A DNA stretch of 38,933 nt from Spirogloea muscicola. Taxonomy: Eukaryota. Numbering within the stretch: position 1 is the first letter of the stretch; the number at the start of each line of letters is the position of its first letter. Made by a program: the position numbers and the translations under genes. Below the pieces are notes generated by a model that saw nothing but the letters and a program-made list of their open reading frames with translations, searched no databases and was not told where the DNA came from. Shown here piece after piece: positions 26,801-38,933 of this stretch. The stretch lies in the NCBI GenBank assembly GCA_009602725.1, contig WELB01000003.1:112999-151931 (forward strand). Reading direction: 5' to 3'.

Positions 26801-28421
26801 TGCATTATAGTTAAACCCCAGTCAAGTGTCCAAGCAAGACAAAGTGGTAGACAGGCATACATAACTTTCCAGAAGGTGTATACCTCAGTCGCCGCGGCCT
26901 TTTGAACATCGTGATACAAGAGTGAGGCATTTTTGAGACTTTCATAGATTTTGGTCTGCAGTCTTCGTGTATCTGAAACTGCTGCTTTTGGAGCTTTGAT
27001 GTCTTACTTGGTCCCTCCTGTACGCTGTCAGGCAGCAATTCTCTCGCTCTTCCCAAAGCTGAGGTTGATGAGTGTTCAGGCACATCTAAGTCCGTCTTGA
27101 AGAAGCTGGCATGGCTAGCTGGCAACGATGTGCCATGTTTAGAAATTGTTTTAGCCTTTGGAGCTCGGTCTTGTACGAGCTTATCATCACCATGGCTTTC
27201 ATCTTGTTCCAGCAATCTCTTGGCTCTCGCCAGAGAATCTGCTGACACTGAAAGTGATAGGCCTGAGGCAGTACTGAACATTGTTGGAGCCTTGCTTATC
27301 GAGTTCCTCCAAGAATAGGTGCCCTCAGGGCTTCCAGGCCTTACATCCTTGGTAGAATCTTGGAGGATGCAGTCTGCAACATCTTGCTCCTTCTGATCAG
27401 AATCATCAGCATTATTCAGCAAACATCTAGCTCTCTTCAGTGATGCCTCTGAAACCTCAATCGTGCGGCCGGATCCTGAGGTGAACATGCTCATGCTCTT
27501 GAGCTGCTGTTTAGCATTTTCTGGTTGTAACCAATTGGCATCTGCCATTCCTGTCTTGAAATCAGATAGAGGCTCATGAAGAGCATCCGCTTCTCCCTCC
27601 TCATCACATTGTAGAATCTCGTGTGCTCTTCTCTTGGCTGCAGCTGACACTCTGATAGGTATCCCAGAGCCGGTCTTGAAGATGCCAGCAGCCTTCCCTT
27701 GTCCAAACAAACACGCTTCTGTATCATCTGCACTCTTCGCGGCTTGATAAGCCACTTCTTCTGGGGATTCGCTTGTACCTGTGCCATGCCATACTTGGAC
27801 CGTGGACATCCTTTTGGCATCATCTCTGAGGACCTGGTCTTGTTGTTGATTGTGACTTGATGCCAGCTGCAAGTCTCTGAGCGAGTTGTATGATGACAAG
27901 CTTGCCGTGCTCGCCGTGTGACAATTGCTCGTCGTGTGGCGGCTGTCCTCCGTATATGTATCATGCCAGAGCGCCTTGGCTTCCCGGAGCTTTCTCTTAG
28001 CAGCGTCCCATGCTGCAGCCGAGGGCTGCAACGAGTCGGTTGCACCACATGTATGGCTTACTCTGAAACATGATGGCAGCTCTTGAACAACAGAAAGTAG
28101 ATCCACATTCTGCTCAGAGGTTTGAGTCGCCAGCTGGGGGGACGGCGGCGAACGACGTGAAGGCGAAGCTCTATTCGTAAGGCAGCAGTCGTATTTGACC
28201 TGTTCCAGCCCCAGCCAGTGAGCGTCCCGTTCGCTAGGAGCAGCAATCGGTTGGGCAACGAAATGCGCCCGGGCAACCGACCGCGCCGGAGGCGTCCGCT
28301 GGAGCTTCCAAGTCACTCCATCTTCCGCCAGGCCGACCTCGAATGTGCACAACGCTCGGTAGCCGCTACTTTGCGAGCAGTGTGGCCTTGGCGCCGCTCC
28401 GCTGCCGACGCCCGCCATCAT
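23839..28421 (-). CDS. BRCA2: BRCA2 homologue (BRC repeats, helical domain, OB1, start of OB2); C-terminus missing at N 23838
   Basis: Large first exon with BRC repeats FKTGSGIPIRVSAAAKRRAHEIL, FTSGSGRTIEVSEASLKRARCLL and FSTASGLSLSVSADSLARAKRLL. Helical domain NHFKWIVWKLASYERSFP...LT.QRVFDELSYR. OB1 LLTDGW|YQIKGRLD.PL..LL.QGKIFIGQKLR, LLLHMNCTYRAHW.DKLG, TRIYPMLYWQR. OB2 start RDVAPMLRLRV. Confidence 0.93.
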
Positions 28422-28637
28422 CTCCGGGAGCGCGCAGCAACCGCCCTGCTCGCTGCCAGTGCCACGAGAGAATGACGATCACCAGGCGCTGGCGTCAGCT
28501 GCGGCTGCGGCAGCGACGGCGGAGTCGGCGGCGGCGGCGGTGGCGGCGGCGGCGGCGGCTCGCAGCAGGCTGCTGCTGCCGCTGCGGCGGCTGCAGGGAG
28601 CAGCCTCTCGCAGCAGTACCTGCAGCAGTTTGCGATA

Positions 28638-31600
28638 ATGCAGCAGGCTGGCGGCTTCTCATTCGGCTTCCCGCCTGCGCACTTTGGCCACCCGACATTT
28701 GGCAGCCCGGCTGCGCACATGGGGGCCCCAGTACGTACTGCAACCCGTCATGCTTCGTGTCTCTTTGCCCTCATCAAACTCGCCAACATAACCAATGTTA
28801 ATTTAACACGTGATTGCAACAAACTTGTGTGCATGTCTTCAGTGTACCGGGCTTCTACTGTGCTTCCTAATCTCCTGCATGGGCTCTGCTCCAGGCGGCG
28901 CAATTTTTCAGCAATCCATTCTACAGTGCGAACATGCACACGCACCTACTCCAGCAGCAGCAGGCACAGCAGGCGCAGCAGGCGCAGCAGGCGCAGCAAG
29001 CTCAGGAGCAGGCGCAGGCGCAGGCACAGGGGCAGGGGCAGGGGCAGGGGCAGGCGCAGGGCCAGGCGCAGGGCCAGGCGCCGGGCCAGGGCCAGGGCCA
29101 GCCAGTGGCGTCGCCCTCGCCGCAGCAGCAGCAGCAGCAAGCAGCGCACAGGCAGTCGCCGCCTCAGCAGCCACGGCAGGGCCCCGCAGCGGCCAGTTTC
29201 GCGCCACACAGCCGGGGTTTTACGTCGCTGCACCAGCAGCAGCAGCCGCCGCAGCATCACGAGCCCCATGCGCCGGCCTCGCCTTCGCAGAGGCAGCAGG
29301 GGGAGTCTCCGAAGCACCAGCAGCAGCAGCTTGGCAGGCCGGAGATGGATGGAGACGGAGGTGAGAGAGAGAAGGAGAAGGACAGGCGAGAGAGCCCGGC
29401 AGCCAGCGAGAAGGTTGTCTCGTCCATCCTCCAGCGGGGCATCCAGTCTTCCAGCGCGCCCGTGCTGCCGCCACCGTCGCCAGGAGCAGAGCAGCAGATG
29501 ATGCTGCAGGTGCTGAAGCAAGCAGGGAAGCAGCAGCTGCAGCAGCAGCAGCAGCAGCAACAGCAAGTGCCACAGCAGCTCCAGGGCTTCCACAAGGACA
29601 GCGGCGGCGGCGGCAGCGTGCCCACTCCGATGCCGCCCTCCACGAGCGGCAAGAGTATGGGGCACGGCCCGGGGCCGCTCGGCCTTCCCCCGGTGGCGGC
29701 CATGATGGCACCGCAGGGCCACGCCATGCTTCAGGGCGCCGGCTCATCTTCGATGTCGGTCTCAGACGCCGTCGCGCCTGGCCTGCAACAGCAGCAGCAG
29801 CAGCAGCAGCAACGAGGCGGCCGTAGTGGCTCCTCCTTGGAGCCAGAGAAGGAGGCTGACGGCAGGAGCGAGGGGCCATCCGGTGGCAACCGGCGGCCCC
29901 CAGAGGAGGGCAGCGGCAGCGGTGGCGGTGGTGGGGGCGGAGGCGGCGGAGGCTCCAGCCGGAGTCACCGCGAGGCCGATGGCAACCACCACAGAATGGT
30001 GGTGGTCAAGCCGCCGCGGCAGGAGCGGAATGGCACGCAGTCCATGGCGGCCTCCCGCGGCTCACAGGGGTCGCTGGCCACGAGGGATCGGGTGGAGGCT
30101 GATGGCCATGCTGTGGGCGGAGGCGCTGCTACCGGGGTCAAGGGGATGGCAAGCCTGACTGCGGCAAGTACATTGGCGGCGGGGTCTGTGCCATCGCTGG
30201 CCACGCGGGCGCTGTTGACGGGCGAGGGAATGGGCAGGGGTGCCGCGCTGCCTACGTTGCTGCAGTCCACGGTGGCCTCCTCCAAGTCCATGCCAGCGAC
30301 GCCGCACTCCTCTGCTGCTCTTTCTGTGACAGCGCCTGGCACGCCGCAGCACCAGAAGTCTGTCGCGCGTGGAGCCAAGGCCGTGGCCGCAGCCGGCACA
30401 TCTCCAGGCGGCCCTGCCTCGCCTTCCGAGGGGCCTGCCAGGCCGGGGTCCCTGGCTCCCGCCCCCCTGGGCCAGCTGCCTCCGCTGCGGCTCACGCCAG
30501 GTCCCACGCCATCGACGCTGGCAGGGGCGCAGGCGGTTCTTGCAGCAGCCATGTCCAACGCCGGCAAGCAGGCGCAGCACCGGAGCCTGCCCATCGGCAA
30601 CGCACCGGTGGCGCTCTTGAAGCCATCCACTGCTGGCCATGGCCCGCACGCGGTGCCGGCCGCCGGCAAGGCCAGCAAGGGGCCGCTCAAGCTGCCCCCC
30701 ACTGCCGCGGCCAAGAAGGGGCTCCATGCCCTCCCACACCAGCCGCCCGGGCACCTACCAGCGCCGCCACAGGCGCTCGCGTCGGGCCCTGCCTCAACAG
30801 GCTCGGTCATGAGAGGTATGCAGCCAGTGCAGAATGGCACTGGAGCACCGTCTTCAGGTGCCCACGGGAGGGGCAGCGTGAGCGGCAGCACGGCTCTGCC
30901 AGACGTGAAGCCGGGGAGGGGGAGCTTGAGTGCCCAGATCTCGTCAGCGACGCCGCCCCAGTCGTTGGCATCAGCCACGCCGCCAAAGGGAGCTCCTTCC
31001 TCTCCGGTGCCTGCCTCCACCTCGCAGAGGTCGCCGGTGCATCCTCTGTACCGGTCTCCTGGGCAGATGGCAGCGTCCTCAACAACACCTCCAGGTGGCA
31101 CATCACCGTCACCTGCGGGTGCTGCTGCGTCGGGCGCAAAAGCGGTGCAGCTTGCAGCTGCCGAAACATCCGGTGCCAAGAGCTTGAAAGGTTCAGCCCT
31201 CCATCCTAAATCTCATCTATGTCAAGGAGGAGGTCGAACTCGTGGCCGTACTCGTGTTGATTCCTCTTAGTCTTTGGCGCTATCTGCCCGTGCTTTGAGC
31301 TTGTAAGCTCGCTGGTCAGCATGCTCACAGGGCCAATCTTGCTGTGCAGAAGCAGATGCCGACCAGGCAAAATTCCTCGGTCAGCGGTCCACCTCTGCAC
31401 ACAGCGACTCCGAGCCGTCTTTGGCGGTTGCTCCGCCATCGTCGTCATCAGCAGTTGGCTTGGCGAGCCATTCGCAGGCAGGCCCATCGTCGCCGTCGAA
31501 CAACCCAGCCAAACCCCCGCATTCATCCCCTCAGCCTGGCACTCAGCATCAGTCAACCTCAGCGGCGACCTCTGCGCCGCACTTGGAAAGCAGCGGGCCC

Positions 31601-31795
31601 GCCAGTGGTAGCAGCATTCCCCTCTCCGTCCAGGCGCCCACGCCTCTGCAGAAGGTGGCCAAGAATAACGTGGACAAGGACCATGCGATGGGCGCGAGGC
31701 CCATGGACGTGGCGCCGTCCCCACCCAAAGCCGCCGGCGGCGGCGTGCACGGAGAGGAGGCTGCTTCTCTGACCCTCGGCCCGGTTGTCAACTGA
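28638..31795 (+). CDS. Gln/Ala/Pro/Ser-rich disordered protein resembling the C-terminal half of TIME FOR COFFEE (TIC); true start uncertain
   Basis: Exons 28638-28730, 28895-31190 and 31350-31795 are in frame. The segment QQYLQQFAIMQQAGGFSFGFPPAHFGHPTFGSPAAHMGAP|AAQFFSNPFYSANMH.HLLQQQQ resembles the conserved QYL...FPFP.AH.G...FF...FYS..M..QQQ block of plant TIC proteins. The CDS is well supported; the TIC assignment is from recall only. Confidence 0.6.
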
Positions 31796-32754
31796 TGGGC
31801 AGCGGAGGAAAGCCCACCATGTGTAGCAAGGCCCCGGTGGGGCTTGCAAGGGCTCAGAGCTGTGTATTGTATTCTGGGCTAAGCACCCACCCCCCGCTGC
31901 AGAGATGCAGACGCTACTCAGTAGTTGTGATGTAGTCTTCTTCCATGTATATTGCTCCGACATTTTGGGCCCAAGGCGCAGCACCGTAAAAGGCCGTCAC
32001 ACGTCCAGAGTCTGCCGCCCCTCTCCGCGACCACGACCGCTGCTCATCTAGTGCCGCGCACCCGACGCCCGGCTCGCGCTTCGTCGCGGGACTAAACCCA
32101 AGCGGGCAATAGTGACGTCGCTGGGGGAGCCCGAAAGCTGTGCCGCAATACATGGCGGCGGCGGCCGCGGGGGTCTGGTTAAAGGGTTTGACATGGGGTT
32201 AATTCGTGACGAGAGAAGGCGTGTGGTGCGCATGGAAATGAAAGGGAGGCCAACTCGAGCCTTCCAAAAGTCCTGGTAAAGGGTAATGAGCTGGCTAAGG
32301 GGGGCACTGACATCCTCGAGCGAGCGCATACTTATCTGACAAGCTAAGCTGAGGAGCCAGACCACCGCCACGGTAAGCCATTAGCCTGGCCCAAGGCACG
32401 CCCAGCACGCTGGGAGCGTGGCAGACTCCAAACGGTGACGGTGACGGTGGTGACTGCCGGGCTCCGGGGTCAAACGAGCCGTTTGTGACGTGGATGGTGG
32501 CGTCACGCCGGGGCCCCACGGAAGGGGGCACGTGGCGCGCAGCTGGGGGCCGTCCACTTCAAGCGGGGCCCGCCGTCACCCCCGCGCTTTTTGTCGCCAC
32601 CTGCCCCCCCCGGCTTCCCCCCCCCCTCGCCGCCACCTGTCGGGCTCCCCGGGTTCGGCGGCGGCGGCGACGTTAGCGGGGAGCGCCGGCGGCGGGGGCG
32701 GCGGCGGCTACAGCAAGTCGAGGACGCGGCGGCACCGGCGCGGCCGGCGCGGCG

Positions 32755-33150
32755 NNNNNNNNNNNNNNNNNNNNNNNNNNNNNNNNNNNNNNNNNNNNNN
32801 NNNNNNNNNNNNNNNNNNNNNNNNNNNNNNNNNNNNNNNNNNNNNNNNNNNNNNNNNNNNNNNNNNNNNNNNNNNNNNNNNNNNNNNNNNNNNNNNNNNN
32901 NNNNNNNNNNNNNNNNNNNNNNNNNNNNNNNNNNNNNNNNNNNNNNNNNNNNNNNNNNNNNNNNNNNNNNNNNNNNNNNNNNNNNNNNNNNNNNNNNNNN
33001 NNNNNNNNNNNNNNNNNNNNNNNNNNNNNNNNNNNNNNNNNNNNNNNNNNNNNNNNNNNNNNNNNNNNNNNNNNNNNNNNNNNNNNNNNNNNNNNNNNNN
33101 NNNNNNNNNNNNNNNNNNNNNNNNNNNNNNNNNNNNNNNNNNNNNNNNNN
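32755..33150. other. Assembly gap (396 N)
   Basis: Run of N between GC-rich (GCC/GGC)n flanks. Confidence 0.99.
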
Positions 33151-33228
33151 GCCCGAGGATGCCGCAGCGGGCCGGCGATGGTGGGCGCCCGCCGCCGCCG
33201 CCGCCGCCGCCGTCGCCGGCGCCGCTTG

Positions 33229-36200
33229 ATGGCCTTGTCCATGTGGCTGCCGCTCTACTGCCGCGGAGTGCTGAGCGCAGCATCCCCCGGCGCTTGGCGC
33301 AGGCTGCAGCTCACGTGCCTCATCTACGTTGCACCGGCGCTGCTCGCCGGCTCGCTGGCGCTGCTCCTCCCCCGGTCCGCCCTCCTCTGGGCGCTCGCCG
33401 CCTGGGCCGCCGCCGAGGTGGGGCCGCGTCCCCCGGCTTCCGACTCCTTCCTCGGGCCTCGTGCCGGCAGTCGTCGATGCAATCCAAGGCTGAGCACCTT
33501 CACTGAGGACGTGTGCAGCGCAGCGCTTTCCAATTCTGAGCTGTTCGATCCGTCTGCCAATACCCGCATCGCAGGTAGCCTTTGCGGCGTACCACCACCG
33601 GCTGACGCGGCGCGTCAGCGATGCGCTCATCGCCAACCCCACGCCGGCCAACGAGGACGTCGTGCTCCTCCTCGACCGCATCCTCCTCCTCAAGTGCCGC
33701 CTCCCCCGCAAAACCCCACGCACCTTGCTTCGCAGCCCCTTGCACGGCCACTGCCGCCGACATTTGGCATAGATGTCAGCCCGCCGGCGTCCTGAGGCGC
33801 TCTGGCTCTGGGCGGCCGCCGCTCGCAGCCACCACGTGGACGTGCGGCACTTCATCTCGGGGTGGTTCATGGGCGCGCCCGTCGAGCACATCAAGCGCGA
33901 CAACCTGCGCGAGTTCGTGGCCTTCTCCTTCTTCCACCGGTGAGCCAGAGCTTCGTGCGAAGCACAGGGGCCCTCCCTAGAGTCGAGTGCGACGTGGCAG
34001 GAGTGCTCCCCGTCATGCAGAACGCCGCGACCCCTACTTGGGGCCGCTGGCATGCACATGCTTCCAGGACAGGCACGGCTAGTTGCCTCGTGCTTGACGT
34101 GATTGCTCATGGTGTGCGGCGGCTGCCCTGGGGGCTTGACACAGGTCCTTTGATCAGCTGAGCAAGGACCAGCTCCGTGGCGTCGATGGTGAGGCCCTCG
34201 CTTCTCTCTGTTCTTCGCTGCTATGACCGCCACCCAGGGTGCTCGACGGCGAGGTGCCAGAGGCAAAGCAGCACTGACCCTGGGCTTGCGGGCGGCAGAC
34301 ATCATCGGGCGCGTGGAGTCGGCATGGGGCCTGCGCTTCGAGCCCGGCCGCAACCCGGACGTGCAATTCATGGCGCACACGCGCGAGCCTCTGCGCGCTC
34401 TGCACCACCCGCTCATGCTCTATGTCTGGTCGGCGCCCGAGGCATTCGAGCTGCTCCTCTCGCTGCAGATGAGCAGCGCGTGGCTGTCGATGTGCTGTCT
34501 GGGGCATTGCATTGCCTTCTGCCAGTCGATGCACCCCGCTTGCTCATGGTGCTGTCCTGTGGCTTCGCCAGGGCCGAGCTCGTGGCGCGCTTCACACACC
34601 TCGTCATGCTCGTCCTCGGCTTCAAGAGGTGGGGGATGGCGTGTCGCTGAGACGGCCAATCTCTCTTGGCAGCCCGCAACTGCGCTTGCAGGGCGCGCCA
34701 CGTGAATGCGTGGCAGAGACTCTGACACCCGACCTGGGCGCTCGGTGTGCAGGCACAGCATCGCAGGAGACGCCATCCACTACTGGCACCGACCTGGCCC
34801 CGTAAGACCGACAGCCTTGCCCTTGTGGCATGCACTATGCACAGTCACAAATATTGGCTGGGTCGAACTTGTGTGATGCCAATCTGGCGTGCAGGCGGAA
34901 ATGTTTACAGCTTCGTTGCTAATGAAAAGCTGCACACAATCATCGACGATTGATGCAGGGAGGTATAGGCGAGCCTGCAGCGCCGGCACGGGTGTTCGTG
35001 CATGGGCTGGGCATTGGCATCACGCCGTACCTAAGCTTCATCCACATGCTTGCCAAGGACCATTCCTCAGTGCGTGCTTCGACACCGACGCCTTGCCCAG
35101 AGGAGCAGCACGAGCAATCCTTGATCCAGTAGCGCTGGCTTGCATCCAGCTCCTTTGTGAACCTGACAATCCTTGCAGTACTCGCTCCCAGGCGACAGTC
35201 GTGCTCGAGCTGCCCCACATTGCGCTGCGGCTGACTCCAACCATACCCTCTGTCGACTCCATGGTACGAAATACGAAGCACGCGTCTCCGCTGTCTCTTT
35301 GACTGCATTTGGGCATCTGCCCGAATGTGTCATTGAAGTTCGTTGTTTTTTGAAGCAGAACCAGACAAGATGGGGACTTGGCTCATACCTTTGTCCAGCT
35401 TGAGGCAGGAGGTTGATGTGATCACGGGCCCGGTTTGACAATGCAAGCTGCCATCACCCTCGAGATCTGATGTGCAGATAGAGTGCATTGAGCGGATACA
35501 CCGGCGGCACAGCGTCGGCGCCGCCTGCTACATTGGCCACTCCTATGGCTCGCTCGTCATCGCTAGGGTGCGCTGACCCTCCAGTCACTTCATCGGGTCA
35601 ACATCTGACAGGATACTCTTCTGCCGACTTGTGGCTTTGCAATGCCAGTCGGCAGTCCAGCACTCTATGGGTCCTGAGAGTGCTAGATGTGAGGGGCCAA
35701 GGCTGGGCACAGGCTCAAGCAGCGCACTTGCTGGGCTCAGGCTCAAGCAGCACATTGTTCCCGACCTTGGTGCAGCTGCTGCAGCAAGCGCCGGAGCTGG
35801 TTGCAGCAGCCGGCTTTGTAGATCCAGTGTGCTTCCTCCTGTGCCTGCCCGACGTCGTACATAATTTCGTCTACAGGTGCGTTCAAAGTGTTACAAGTCA
35901 AGGGCCTCGGATCTGGCTTGCAGGGCTTCAGGAGTTGTGGACCAGCGTGTAATATGTTCCACATGGATTGATAAGCGATTTAGCTTAGAGTCCAGGAGTT
36001 CTAGGTACATTTGTCGCGGTTTTGCTTGCTAGTGCCGTAAGTCCTGTACCACGTACCTCGCTGGATGCTGCCAGGCAGCCGGAGGGGCGGACGATGCACC
36101 GCTATGCTGCGGACTGGCTGCGGTGGTACTTCTGCTCCAAGGAGCTGCAGACATGCCAGGTCCTCTGCCGCGGATTTGACTGGTTCGTCCCAATGTCTTA

Positions 36201-36983
36201 CTTTCTGGTCAGACTCACTTAAAGTACCAAGCCCCAGATTCTGAGTTGATTGTTAGCTCGATCCATTGTAAATCGTATAACCACCGCTTCTTGGAGGGGC
36301 GTGATGAATACCACTCATGCTGCCATTCTCCTTGGCACGTTGCTGCACGGCTGCGGTGCAGGCATGCGGTACACCTCTGGCCAGATCAGCTGCCAGAGCA
36401 TGCAGTCGTCATGCTGGCCGGTGATGATGCGATTGTGCCGTCTAAGCAAGTTCGCATGTGAGCTTGCGACCACTCTTTGAGTGTGCAATTTGAGCGTGCT
36501 ACTGTGCTTGCCCCAGAGTGCTGCTCGCCGTCCTCTTGTCCTCTGCCAATTTTGGCCAATGCCATTGTCCAGTGGTCCTTGTCAAGTCTGCCTTTGGGCA
36601 TTAAGGTCCAGAGATTGGCACATCCTTCAAAGACTGCTGATCATCCCTCACTGCCGCAGACACCTGGAGCAGCATGGAGTTCCAACGATCTTCAATGACG
36701 GCTTCCAGCATGCCCAGTTCTTAGTCTCGTAAGTCAAGAACTTGGACCATAGACCTCTATTCGCTCTTCATGATCGGCAGCTGCTGCTGCTCTTGTTTGT
36801 CATAGTGACAGGCATCCGCTCCTCGCCTGTGCCAGCAGCTGCCTGGCACAGGCAGGGTGGCTGACGTGGGTTTGGGCCTCTTGGTACTGGTTGCTGTGCA
36901 GGCCGTCGTCTCAGCGTGCATTCCTGCGGGCGCTGGAGGGCCAAGAGAGCGACGTGGCTGCGTTGGTCACCCAAGAATCATGA
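33229..36983 (+). CDS. Membrane-anchored alpha/beta-hydrolase fold protein (multi-exon)
   Basis: N-terminal hydrophobic helices ending W.AAE; FISGWFMGAPVEHIKRDNLREFVAFSFF; PGRNPDVQFMAHTREPLRALHHP; oxyanion VFVHGLGIG; nucleophile elbow IGHSYGS (GxSxG); FVDPVCFLL..PDVVHNFVYR; acid LAGDDAIVP; His GFQHAQFL. Start is uncertain because it lies next to the gap. Confidence 0.85.
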
Positions 36984-37746
36984 GGTCCTGGCCTCGGCTG
37001 CGGCGATCTGCTCACTTGCAGCCTGGCTGCTGCTGCTGCAGGCTGCTTGGTGGAGGCAGTGCTCCCTCAGCAGACTTCTCAATGCTTACAACTGGCTGGC
37101 ATACACTGAGTCACATGTCTGCAACTTACCAGATACAAGCTACCATTAGAAAATATCAATAATCTGTCCATTGCTTACTAAGAAGCCGGTAATGAAGCCG
37201 CGGAGAAGATTGTGCTGGACCCCTGATCAGATCTGCCAAAGGCGGGCCAAGGCATGTACCAAGCAGGGCAGAGTGTCCGCCAGAAGCACTTGGGGTCTGG
37301 CAGATGTCAGGCTGGGGGCTGCACATTCACACCGAGACAAAGGCGAAATCTGCGCTGCAAGCGCAGATTTTGCACATCTTGCCAGAGTACCATAACTATG
37401 ATTCATGCTTGCTTATGAAATTGGCAGTGATGCCTTTCGAGCCCTATAAGCTCGACCTTGCCCCTAATCAGCCTACTATTCAGTCGCCTCACATGCTGCT
37501 GCCAGTTGCGGCAGCATGCGAGGCTTGGGTGTAACGGTGAGCTGATCCGAGCCTCTGCTGCTACCACGAGCATCGTGCTGCTGATGTGGGGCGATGGAGG
37601 CAGCTGGGCCTGCTGCCAAGACTGCCCTTGACAATGGCGCTGGAAGGCTAAGAAGAAGGCGCGAGAGAGAGAGAGCGAGAGAGAGGGGGAGGAGGGAGGA
37701 AGGAGGGTGGGGCTAACAGATCGAGCACAGGCAGGCAATGCGGCAG

Positions 37747-38804
37747 TCAGTCGGCGCCGAGAATCCAGGTCCAGAGGAGGCAGACAAGCGAGGCAAAGAA
37801 GCCAAGAAGGCCGTCGCGCATGCCCAGGAAGGATGGCTCGGCGGCCATGAGCTGCGCATCGGACTCCCGCGTCGCCACGCGGTCCAGCAGGTAGTTGCGC
37901 ACGCCCTCGTGGCCCGCCAGTGCCGCATGCTGCAGCGGCGTCAAGCCGCCGCGATTGGTTGCCGCCAAGTCCGCTCCGCGTTCTACGAGCAAGGCCGCCG
38001 CGTCGAGTTGCCCGCTGGCCGCCGCGCAGTGCAGCGGCGTGTTGCCAGCTGCGTCACGCGCCCTGATGTCTGCATCTGCGGAAGCAGGGCGGGAGAGCCA
38101 GCGGTGAATGGCCGCCCGTGGAGAGAGCCTCACAGCGCAACAGCCTGACAGCAAAACCCAGCAGCAGGCGCACCGTGGTTGAGGAGCATGCGCATGCAGT
38201 TGAGGTTGCCTTGGCCGGCGGCGAGGTGCACCGCCGTCGCGCCGGCATCATTGCAGGCATCGGGCGCGGCGCCGCCGCGCACGAGCAGCAGACCGAGCAC
38301 GTCAGTGTCGGCGTTGCCCACGGAGAAGTGGATCGGAAAGCACCCGTCCCATGTCCGCTGGCTCGTGCTCGCGCCCCTGCCCACCAGCACCAAGATTTTA
38401 GGAGCAGCGAGGGGAGGAGCAGAACGAGAGGGGAGGTTGATGAAGAATTTTGGCTTTAGGGGAGACTCTTCCAGTGAAGGGCGATGGCTGTGAGAGACAA
38501 GAACTGGTGAAGCTGGGGTGCGGCGTCCGGAGGTGGATGGGGGGGCCCCAATGGGCTCTCCGCGGTGCCCACTGTACCTGTCGAGGAGGTGCTTGACGGA
38601 GCGGAAGTCGGAGGCGGCGACGGCGCAGTGCAGCGGCGCGCCGCCGACGTCGTTCTGGAGCTCGTGCGACGCGCCGGCGTCCAGCAGGAGCTTGACGGCG
38701 GCGCCGGCGCCGGCGGCCGCCGCGCAGTGCAGCGGCGTGGAGCCGCCGGGGGCGGCGCGGTTCACGTCGGCGCCGCGGGCCAGGAGCAGGCTCACCACCT
38801 CCGC
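37747..38804 (-). CDS. Ankyrin-repeat protein with C-terminal hydrophobic tail anchor (5' part outside window)
   Basis: Repeats GSTPLHCAA..GAGAAVKLLLDAGA, GGAPLHCAV, GCFPIHFSV, GATAVHLAAGQGNLNCMRMLL, GNTPLHCAAASGQLDAAALLVERGAD, GLTPLQHAALAGH. Terminal GLLGFFASLVCLLWTWILGAD*. Introns 38577-38377 and ~38172-38076. Confidence 0.9.
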
Positions 38805-38807
38805 CTG

Positions 38808-38933
<126 letters not shown>

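Noticed and set aside
28638..31791. Many overlapping alternative-frame and antisense ORFs over the Gln-rich gene
   Set aside because: Shadow frames of CAG/GGC-rich, stop-poor sequence.
32150..32754. Possible gene start or decayed ORF before the gap
   Set aside because: No coherent frame or recognisable product, and it is truncated by Ns.
32490..34416. Long ORFs (637, 338, 212 aa etc.) around the gap
   Set aside because: They are inflated by 396 Ns and GC-rich antisense frames of the hydrolase gene.

Overview
This is eukaryotic, GC-rich, intron-dense genomic DNA. Plant-like MAD2, SMC5, BRCA2, TMEM41 and TIC-like proteins and CCCTAAA-type repeats point to a streptophyte green alga; the species cannot be determined. 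Genes read manually across GT/GC-AG introns are: MAD2 (+), a TMEM41/VTT (DedA-superfamily) membrane protein (-), SMC5 (+), a 12-exon YCII-YicC fusion gene (-), BRCA2 (-, 3' end lost at a single-N join), a Gln/Ala/Pro-rich TIME FOR COFFEE-like protein (+), an alpha/beta hydrolase (+) and a tail-anchored ankyrin-repeat protein (-). Non-genic parts include a telomere-like start next to a pogo/mariner-like terminus, a decayed ORF interrupted by a 0.9-kb insertion with a 4-bp target duplication, and a 2.6-kb foldback-like complex of modular inverted and direct repeats. The most interesting feature is a bacterial YicC/YloC endoribonuclease domain fused within one exon to a YCII domain behind a transit-peptide-like leader, fully intronised. 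It is a candidate horizontally or endosymbiotically acquired organellar RNA-decay enzyme and carries one apparent +1 frameshift. Ns at 8260, 23838 and 32755-33150 and a terminal poly(T) make some adjacencies uncertain. All family calls come from motif recognition, not database searches.
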